In this document: piece by piece, positions 56,730 to 64,000 of the stretch
How the letters are laid out: the number at the start of each line of letters is the position of its first letter
How positions within the stretch are numbered: position 1 is the first letter of the stretch
The notes under the pieces: model-generated
Seen by the model: only the letters and a program-made list of their open reading frames with translations
The model's database searches: none
Told to the model about the DNA's origin: nothing
Translations under genes and position numbers: made by a program
Assembly: GCA_965204725.1 (NCBI GenBank)
Contig: OZ242005.1
Location: 2,688,001 to 2,752,000, forward strand
From: Candidatus Latescibacterota bacterium
Lineage (GTDB): Bacteria > Latescibacterota > UBA2968 > UBA8231
DNA: 64,000 bases
Reading direction: 5' to 3'

Positions 56730-58562
56730 ATGGGATATAAACTCCGTGAGGTTGCGTCCGGTTTATGGCGTTTTTCAGCCCTCATTCCTCAGATGCTGAA
56801 TGTATATAGGCGGGCTGGTAGGGCCTATTTCGTCTCTTCCTCGCTGTTGACGATCTACGATGGCGCGGTGGTTTCTATCTCTATCTACCTTACAAAATTA
56901 TTGATTGATGAAGCCGAGTTGCTCTGGATTGCTCATCAAGCCAATGAGCCGATAGATTACACAACGCTCAGCTTATTGATAGGAGGGCAGATTGCTGTGT
57001 GGACCGCTGCGCTGACAACGGAGGTTCTGTGGCGTCCAATGCGGACGATTTTGGGTAAAAGGGCCAATTACGTGGCTCATGTCGATCTATCCGCAAAGGC
57101 TAGTAGGGTTCCATATCGGTATTATGAGGACCCTACTTTTTATAACAAGCTAGAAGCAGCAGAGCAGAAAAAAGACTGGCCTGAATACACGGCAATATTC
57201 CTCTTTCAAGCAGTATCTAACATCGTAAGTCTCGTCTCGATTGCGGGTCTTCTCTCGCTGTTTAGTGGCTGGCTTTCGCTCCTTGTTATCGTCGCCGCAA
57301 TCCCCTATTTCTTGGCACAACTTCGCTACATAGTTGATGGCCAAGAGCTCTTCCACTATCGGAGTTTAGATCGCCGTCGTCTTGAATATCAGGTAAAGGT
57401 GCTGTGTGATCGCGCCTATGCAAAAGAGGTGCGGCTCTTTGGGTTTGCCCAACACTGGTTGGCTAACTACAAGGCCCTTTGGGAGAAGTGTTACCGAGAG
57501 AATCGCGCCCTATTCCTCGTGCGAAACAAGGAGGTACTCATCGCAGGCCTCCCAAGAATCGCCGCGATGGCGGCGATATATATCTTCATCGTCCTGCAAG
57601 CCATTCAAGGCAGCATCAGTCTGGGCGATTTGGCCATGGGATTGGCCGCGACCCTCCAGTTTAGCAGTGTGACATGGATGGTGGCTAATGGCATTGCTCA
57701 GTTGTTCCAATGCAGTTTATTCGTCTCGGACTACTTTGAACTCATGAACCTTCCCGAAGACAACAAAAATGCCACGGCTCAGCCCCCGCCCGTGCGACCA
57801 GAGACGCCAGCCGCACGCGAGCCGATGATTAGTTTTAGGAACGTCAGCTTTCAGTACCCAGGAGAGCGCGGTCACGTGCTTCACGATGTTTCGTTTGACC
57901 TCTACGACTCTGAGACGATAGCCCTCGTGGGTCGAAACGGCGCGGGCAAGACCACGTTGGCCAAGCTGCTGTGTGGCTTGTTAGAGCCGACGGAGGGAAC
58001 CGTGTTGTTTCGCGGTCAAGTGGTGTATGCCGATGGCCCCAATGCCTTGCGTGAGGCAACCTCGGCGGTCTTTCAGGACTTTGCCCAGTACGAGCAAACC
58101 GTCGAAGACAACATTCGCCTCGGCGATGTGGATAGGCCGGACACGGCTGCCGTCGCCCGCGCAGCCCGTTTAGATCGCGTTTTGACTGGGTTGCCCGATG
58201 GCTTGCAAACTCCGTTGGGGCGTTCCTTGGACGGCACGGATTTGTCGGTTGGGCAGTGGCAACATGTGGCCTTGGCGCGTTGTCTGCACAAGGCCGATGC
58301 CCAAGTGCTCATCTTGGACGAGCCAACCGCCGCCATGGACCCGGAAGCCGAATACGAATTGTACAACCTGCTGGTGGACATCGCCGGCAGCCAGACCACC
58401 ATTTTGGTATCGCACCGGCTATCAACCGTCCGGGCCGCCAACCGCGTCTTAGTGCTCGACGAAGGCCGTTTGTGCGAGGAAGGTAATCACGAGGAATTGC
58501 TCCAACTCGACGGCATTTATGCCAAGTTTTTCAGGATGCAGGCCGAGCGCTATCAAGCATGA
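56730..58562 (+). CDS. ABC exporter, fused permease/ATPase
   Basis: TM region; GRNGAGKTT, LSVGQWQ, LDEPT, SHR. Confidence 0.92.
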   Translation: MGYKLREVASGLWRFSALIPQMLNVYRRAGRAYFVSSSLLTIYDGAVVSISIYLTKLLIDEAELLWIAHQANEPIDYTTLSLLIGGQIAVWTAALTTEVLWRPMRTILGKRANYVAHVDLSAKASRVPYRYYEDPTFYNKLEAAEQKKDWPEYTAIFLFQAVSNIVSLVSIAGLLSLFSGWLSLLVIVAAIPYFLAQLRYIVDGQELFHYRSLDRRRLEYQVKVLCDRAYAKEVRLFGFAQHWLANYKALWEKCYRENRALFLVRNKEVLIAGLPRIAAMAAIYIFIVLQAIQGSISLGDLAMGLAATLQFSSVTWMVANGIAQLFQCSLFVSDYFELMNLPEDNKNATAQPPPVRPETPAAREPMISFRNVSFQYPGERGHVLHDVSFDLYDSETIALVGRNGAGKTTLAKLLCGLLEPTEGTVLFRGQVVYADGPNALREATSAVFQDFAQYEQTVEDNIRLGDVDRPDTAAVARAARLDRVLTGLPDGLQTPLGRSLDGTDLSVGQWQHVALARCLHKADAQVLILDEPTAAMDPEAEYELYNLLVDIAGSQTTILVSHRLSTVRAANRVLVLDEGRLCEEGNHEELLQLDGIYAKFFRMQAERYQA

Positions 58563-58608
58563 ACTATTGCGGGACGGGAGTTTGCCGTTCCTGCAAAGCA
58601 TTGCTATC

Positions 58609-59730
58609 TCAGTGTGGATCGCCGACTCGCCAGCGGTGCTTTTCCACCCCCTCCATATCCAACTCGATCCCAAAACCCGGTCCTTCCGGCAACACGATGC
58701 AACTGTCCTCTACCCGCAGCGGCTCGGTGATGATCTCGTCCCGCCACGCAATGCCGGTGACAAACTCCATGGGGGCCACATTCGGGATGGAGGCCATCAA
58801 GTGCGCGGCTGCGATGATGCCGACCGGGCCTTTGGTATTGTGCGGCGATATGGGGACGTGAAAGGTGTCGGCAATGGCCGCGATTTTGCGGACCTCGGTA
58901 ATCCCACCGGCGTACATCAGGTCGGGTTGCGCCACGTCGATGCCGTCTAGGTCCAACAATTGGCGGTAGTGGCTCTTGGTGTTGAGCCGCTCGCTACCCA
59001 TGACCGGAATGGAGATTTCCCGCCGCACCTTGGGGTAGGCGTGGAGGTCTTCTGGCGGCACGGGGTCTTCAAACACGTAGAGGTCGTACGGCTCTAGGGC
59101 GCGGGCCAAGCGGATGCAGTGGGCCACCGTGAAGCGACCATGGCAATCGATCAACAGCTTGACATCCGGGCCGACCGCTTCTCGCACGGCGGCGAAGTGC
59201 GCGGCCGTCTCTGCGGGATGGCCGTCGTCCGCGTACTGGTCGAAGCTGTACCCACTCCGCGAACGCGCCCCGCCCTTGAGCGCGGTGTACCCTTCATCCG
59301 CTTTTTCTCGCGCCATTTGCGCCGAGTCTTCGGGCGTGACGCCGCCAAAGTGCGTATAGACCTCGACCCGGTCGCGGAACTTGCCGCCCAAAAGTTCGAC
59401 TACCGGCAAGTTCGCTACCTTGCCCTTGATGTCCCACAGGGCTTGGTCAATGCCGCTCATGGCACTCATCCACACGGGACCCGCCATGCGCCAGATGCCG
59501 CTCAGGGAGGAACGCTGATAGAGCTTGTACCACAAGTACTCGATGCGCGCCGGGTCTTCGCCGATTAACTCCTGTTTGAGGTGCTCGACCGCGGCGACGA
59601 CCACTGGCTCCTTGTTGGAATAGGTGGCTTCGCCTAAGCCCACGAGTCCTTCGTCTGTAAAGACCCGCACGATAGTCCACTTGCGGCCCGGGGAGTTGAT
59701 CAGAATGGTATCGATGTCGCGTATTTTCAT
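58609..59730 (-). CDS. Mandelate racemase/galactonate dehydratase-like enolase
   Basis: GIDQALWDIKGK, DCHGR, EDP, SER, QPD, PHN. Confidence 0.9.
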   Translation of the reverse strand: MKIRDIDTILINSPGRKWTIVRVFTDEGLVGLGEATYSNKEPVVVAAVEHLKQELIGEDPARIEYLWYKLYQRSSLSGIWRMAGPVWMSAMSGIDQALWDIKGKVANLPVVELLGGKFRDRVEVYTHFGGVTPEDSAQMAREKADEGYTALKGGARSRSGYSFDQYADDGHPAETAAHFAAVREAVGPDVKLLIDCHGRFTVAHCIRLARALEPYDLYVFEDPVPPEDLHAYPKVRREISIPVMGSERLNTKSHYRQLLDLDGIDVAQPDLMYAGGITEVRKIAAIADTFHVPISPHNTKGPVGIIAAAHLMASIPNVAPMEFVTGIAWRDEIITEPLRVEDSCIVLPEGPGFGIELDMEGVEKHRWRVGDPH

Positions 59731-59745
59731 CTGTTTCCTCTCTTT

Positions 59746-60813
59746 TTAATCGAACAGCGGCGACACTTCTTCCGCCACAGTGTGCGCTGCTTCTTGGTAA
59801 AACGCATCGAGAATGGACTCGTCGTCTGGCTCAAAGTTTCTCAGGAAGTTCTGATGAATGATGAGCGTCTGCTCCAGCACAGCTTCGTCCTTGAGTACAT
59901 CCTGCACTACCAACTGCACTTGGGAGCTTAATCGCTGTCGTTCAGCATTGATGTTATAGAAACCGACGACATCGGATCTATAGAACCCAACCATGTACCA
60001 GTTTACAATGTAATCCAAGGTGTAGCGAATGTCCTCGGTTGAGGAAGCCGTGGTCCAGCGGACGCGGCGGAACCGTTTGAGCTCGTCCAAGAGGGCCGGT
60101 CGGACCGACTCGTGCAGGGCGACTATTTTTCTTTTCGCCTTCACTTTTGGTAGCGGGGAGACCTTAAAGACCCTGAAAAAGGTAGCAGTGTTTGATCCTC
60201 TATATCCCTCAAGTAGCTGATCGACCTTGTCAGACAAACCCTGATCGTTGCGCGTCCTGACCAACACCTTAAAGGTTCCAATCGGAGCGTTTACCGCGCC
60301 CTCCTCCTTGGGCGGAACGGTCGCCACCGGCGATCCGATGAATGGAACCAGCAGAGCTTTTGTATAATCTACGGCTTGAAACTTGAGCAGCTTGCTTTTG
60401 CCCGCCGCTTTGGCAATAAGCGGTTCCAGCCCAACGTTCTTTCCTTTCTTTAACAGGTCGCCGGCCATATCCACAACCCGCACCAAGTACGCCTTGGCCT
60501 CGCGCTCAGCAAAATGCTCGCCGTGCAGTGCGAAGAGCTGTTCGCCAAGTGCCGTGGATTTCTTGCAATGCGTCTTTAGCACTCGCAACAGCGAGACCAA
60601 GGAATCCCGGCTCGCGGCAGCCGACAACCGAGACGCCGTACTGACCTCCGCGACGAATTCGTCCAACGTGCCCTTGTCGTCCCGCTCCATGCGGTCGCGC
60701 AACTGCTCCAAGGCCACGCGCACAAAATCCGCTTCTTGTGCAGAAGCAGCGGAGACACTCAATGTCATGGAGAAAAAGACGCAAGCCGCAATGCGATGCC
60801 ACGTGTTATTCAT
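59746..60813 (-). CDS. Hypothetical secreted protein
   Basis: 355-aa ORF with signal peptide ending ASA-Q. Confidence 0.65.
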   Translation of the reverse strand: MNNTWHRIAACVFFSMTLSVSAASAQEADFVRVALEQLRDRMERDDKGTLDEFVAEVSTASRLSAAASRDSLVSLLRVLKTHCKKSTALGEQLFALHGEHFAEREAKAYLVRVVDMAGDLLKKGKNVGLEPLIAKAAGKSKLLKFQAVDYTKALLVPFIGSPVATVPPKEEGAVNAPIGTFKVLVRTRNDQGLSDKVDQLLEGYRGSNTATFFRVFKVSPLPKVKAKRKIVALHESVRPALLDELKRFRRVRWTTASSTEDIRYTLDYIVNWYMVGFYRSDVVGFYNINAERQRLSSQVQLVVQDVLKDEAVLEQTLIIHQNFLRNFEPDDESILDAFYQEAAHTVAEEVSPLFD

Positions 60814-60895
60814 GGTAAGCGACCCCTACTTTGTGTGCGCCCAAACGCACGACGACTGCTTCAAGGCGGTCGGTTTTGTGAAAGGGGGTTTCCTA

Positions 60896-62161
60896 TCAGA
60901 GGGCGGGCGCGGCTGTTGACAGTTCCGCGCCATTATACGCCCATTGTAAGTGTATACGGCTGGTCAAGTCTGCATAGCTGGGATACCGCTCCAGCGTCCG
61001 TTCCCAGCAATGGGGCGTCAACACGCCTTGTATCTCTTGGTAGCTATTGTAATCCGTGATCCAAGTCGGCGGCAGAAAGCCGGGATTGGCTTGCCTGAAC
61101 CATTGCTCTTCCTTGGGCGTCAGCTTTTCTCGGGTCTTGGCCAAGAGGGCCGTGCGGCAGTCAAAGAGCGCCTCGAAATAGGGGCCGAACTTCCGGTCAT
61201 CCACCAGCACCACCTCAAAGCAATCCCCGTCCCTACTGCGCTCTTGCCCGAGGTAATCCAAGGCCACGCCCTCGCCCATAAAGCGGTCGATAAAATGCCA
61301 ACGAACCGCTTCGCCCCGGTGGCGCATTGCGGCCAAATCAGGAGGCAGGATGCCTCTATACCGCCCCCAGCGATTGTCAAAAAGATCCTCGAATATCCCT
61401 CGCTCCCGCTTGGGATTTTTGCTCACATAAGACGGATTGGAGACCGCAGGGTCGAACGAAACCTCTACCTTGTATCTTTCTTTGGTCGCGACAGCGCGGT
61501 CGCCCCATCCCTCGTAGTGCCAAGTCGCCACCGGATATAGATAGGGGGACACCGGAATCGACGTTAGGCAAATACCACCTTGGCAAGAGGGTCTCTTTAA
61601 CTCTTTTAAGCTGGCCTCTATCCACACCATCGCGCTCATAGCTCGTATTGCGAGCAGACGTTCCCTGCCGCCCATGGCCTCAATCGCCCGTTCTACCACT
61701 GCCAAGGCTTGGGCGCGGTCTGCGCTCGTATTGGCTAGGGGAAAGCGCACATAGTCCTCGCGAAAGTTTTCTTTGGCGGCCATATATGCCAAGAGCAAGG
61801 AGTCGATATTCACATCGCCAGACCGCTCGATCCGCATCCTCTTTTCGAGGTGAGCCATGGCGTCGCGTCCCTCGGGCGGCAACTGATCGACAACTTCGCC
61901 AAGCGGAGCGGATTCGACGAGTTCCCGGGCGAGCTGCGCTGGCATAGCCTCAACCGCCAAACGCTGCATTTGCCGCTCGTGCAAATCGGGCCTCGTGGGA
62001 TCAAAGCCCCTCGTTTCTAGCGTACGCATCGGCCGATGAAAAACCACTGGGCGGATTGGGTCGGGTGTGGGAGGAGACAACAAGACTACAGTTAGATGCA
62101 GGAGGGCCGAGAGGAGCAGGCAGACAGCCAACCTCTTGGTTTCAGGCGCGGACCGGTGCAT
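60896..62161 (-). CDS. Hypothetical membrane-anchored protein
   Basis: AAGGAG RBS; N-terminal TM with SALLH; internal AIEAMGG motif. Confidence 0.65.
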   Translation of the reverse strand: MHRSAPETKRLAVCLLLSALLHLTVVLLSPPTPDPIRPVVFHRPMRTLETRGFDPTRPDLHERQMQRLAVEAMPAQLARELVESAPLGEVVDQLPPEGRDAMAHLEKRMRIERSGDVNIDSLLLAYMAAKENFREDYVRFPLANTSADRAQALAVVERAIEAMGGRERLLAIRAMSAMVWIEASLKELKRPSCQGGICLTSIPVSPYLYPVATWHYEGWGDRAVATKERYKVEVSFDPAVSNPSYVSKNPKRERGIFEDLFDNRWGRYRGILPPDLAAMRHRGEAVRWHFIDRFMGEGVALDYLGQERSRDGDCFEVVLVDDRKFGPYFEALFDCRTALLAKTREKLTPKEEQWFRQANPGFLPPTWITDYNSYQEIQGVLTPHCWERTLERYPSYADLTSRIHLQWAYNGAELSTAAPAL

Positions 62162-62377
62162 GTCAATCTCCTTTCGTACTCGGCTTTTCAATCACTTCTT
62201 GCTTAATATGCCACCGCTGGGATCAACGCGCAATGATGCTTCCGCAGAGGCTATCCGAATCCGTCACGCGCTGGCAATCGGCGGCATCTACTTCCAAGCC
62301 CAAAACCGCCTTGGTAAAGGTACGCCGGGCGTCTTTCCGCCACGGGCGACCGGACGCAGCAATCCAAGGCTTGGAAC

Positions 62378-62407
62378 TTGACGGCAAAATTGTTTTTAGC
62401 GTAATAT
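62378..62407 (+). promoter_or_regulatory. Putative sigma70 promoter for the P450 gene
   Basis: TTGACG-18 nt-TAATAT in the divergent intergenic region. Confidence 0.35.
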
Positions 62408-62483
62408 GGGTCACTAAGGCAATTTAGCTCCATGTCCTCCCATTCACGGGGTGGACGATGAACTCACGGTTCGCGGCGAAAAG

Positions 62484-63884
62484 ATGAGCACATACAAACA
62501 GCTACCCGGTCCGCCACAGCTACCGCTCGTTGGCAACACGCATCAGCTTCGCCCGTCGCGGATGCACCAAATTTTGGAGGACTGGGCCGATCGCTATGGG
62601 CCGCTCTATCGAATCAAGGCCGGACACGTCCCGATGGCCATACTATCCGATGCCCCTACCATCCGACAGATTTTCAGCGAGCGGCCCCATCGCTTCCGGC
62701 GCCTGACGGAATTCCAGTCCATCGTGACCGATCTAGGTGTGCCCGGATTGTTCGTCGCAGAGGGCGACGACTGGGCGCAGCAGCGTCCTGTCTTTGAAGG
62801 TGCGTTGAACGCGGTAACGCCCAGTGCGTTCAATCCCAAGATAGCGGTCAGTTTGGCCCGGCTACGCGACAAGTGGAAGCAGGCCGCCACTGCCGGCGAA
62901 GTGGTCGATGGGTGCCGAGACCTTCAACTGCTCGTGGCCGACATCGCCTCGCAGCTTGCCTTAGGCGTCGATGCAGCCGCATTCGCAAGCGACGCCGAGT
63001 TACCGCCGCTACTCGACCTCGTTACCGCCAAGCTCGTCCAGCGTCTCTACGTCCCGGCCCCGTACTGGCGAGTCTTTCGCTTGCCGAGCGACCGGGCGAT
63101 GGACAACGCGCTCGCGCAGTTCCGCCGTCAGGTAGATGCCCTCGTGCATGAAACGCGCCGCCGGCTTAGGGCCGCTCCAGTGTCCGCACCGTCTTGCTAT
63201 CTAGAGGCACTCATCGCGCAGGAAATGGCCGGTGAATGCGACGAACATTCCGCTCGCGCCATCTTCAACCACATCGGCGGCGTATTGATGGAGAGCTATA
63301 ACACCCTTCCCAATGCTATGGCGTGGGCTTTGTACTACCTAACTCGCTACCCCGCGCTGGCAACCCAAATGCGAGCGGAGGTCCATGCCGTGCTCGGCAC
63401 CACCGAGGATATGTCGGGCTATACCGGGGTCGAACAGTTTCCATTCCTGTGCGCGTTCACCGACGAAGTCACGCGCCTAAAGCCATCCATTACCTTCAGC
63501 GGCGTTGAACCACTCGCAGACACCGTCATTCTTGGGCACAGCATTCCCAAAGGGACCGTGATTATAGCACTGCACCGCTATCCGGCCATCCAGAACGAAA
63601 ATTTCGCGGACGGAGAACGTTTCGAGCCAACTCGCTGGTTGCCCAACGCGACCCAGCACCGTTGCCCACATAAGCCCGATGCCTTCCTGCGCTTTGGCGT
63701 GGCACCCCGCAATTGTCCGGGCGAGGGTCATGCGCTGCAACAGGTCCGTGCGTTGCTCGCCATGGTTTGCCACAATTTCGACTCGCAGTTTGCAGTACCC
63801 GAAAACCAAATCGTCGAGAAGCAAGGACTCACGATGAGCCCGGCCGCGTTGCCGCTTCACCTGCGTCAGCCCGCCTGCGACTGA
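62484..63884 (+). CDS. Cytochrome P450
   Basis: LPGP..LP.VGN, EVTR (ExxR), FEPTRW, FGVAPRNCPG heme motif. Confidence 0.92.
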   Translation: MSTYKQLPGPPQLPLVGNTHQLRPSRMHQILEDWADRYGPLYRIKAGHVPMAILSDAPTIRQIFSERPHRFRRLTEFQSIVTDLGVPGLFVAEGDDWAQQRPVFEGALNAVTPSAFNPKIAVSLARLRDKWKQAATAGEVVDGCRDLQLLVADIASQLALGVDAAAFASDAELPPLLDLVTAKLVQRLYVPAPYWRVFRLPSDRAMDNALAQFRRQVDALVHETRRRLRAAPVSAPSCYLEALIAQEMAGECDEHSARAIFNHIGGVLMESYNTLPNAMAWALYYLTRYPALATQMRAEVHAVLGTTEDMSGYTGVEQFPFLCAFTDEVTRLKPSITFSGVEPLADTVILGHSIPKGTVIIALHRYPAIQNENFADGERFEPTRWLPNATQHRCPHKPDAFLRFGVAPRNCPGEGHALQQVRALLAMVCHNFDSQFAVPENQIVEKQGLTMSPAALPLHLRQPACD

Positions 63885-63893
63885 GACAATGTA

Positions 63894-64000
63894 ATGCCGG
63901 AACCCCTGCCAAGCTCAACCGTCCGCGAGCGGCGACACGACCTAGACGCGCTACGAGCCGGTGCCATGTTTCTCGGCATTGCCTATCACATATCGCTGGC
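63894..64000 (+). CDS. Acyltransferase-3 (OpgC/MdoC-like), partial
   Basis: Manual translation MPEPLPSSTVRERRHDLDALRAGAMFLGIAYH. Confidence 0.75.
   Translation, partial: MPEPLPSSTVRERRHDLDALRAGAMFLGIAYHISL

Overview
GC-rich bacterial chromosomal segment. The gene content (PhyH dioxygenases, mandelate-racemase enolases, a sulfatase, NHL and FlgD-Ig proteins, expanded AAA-PD-(D/E)XK nucleases) resembles sponge-associated Latescibacterota/Poribacteria-like symbionts; this is inference only. The first 7.2 kb is a decaying defence island. A type III R-M locus has a Schlafen/AlbA-HATPase gene with an unusual beta-rich C-terminus and toxin-antitoxin genes inserted between res and mod. The mod gene is frameshifted and cut by an IS630, and is followed by a nested IS630 remnant, a truncated OLD nuclease and an HsdS scar. 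The remainder is mostly metabolic and housekeeping genes (msrA, TroABCD-type transporter, trxB, rsmA, glmM-like, uxuA). Interspersed are three mosaic AAA-ATPase/PD-(D/E)XK paralogs (two in tandem, bounded by three copies of an exact 16-bp repeat), a tandem pair of MNT-HEPN fusions differing mainly in one short block, hicBA, a MTase with a deleted REase partner, a helicase-less type ISP-like R-M enzyme, a 99-bp MITE and many small gene scars. I saw no rRNA, tRNA or CRISPR array. All family calls come from motif recognition, not database searches.
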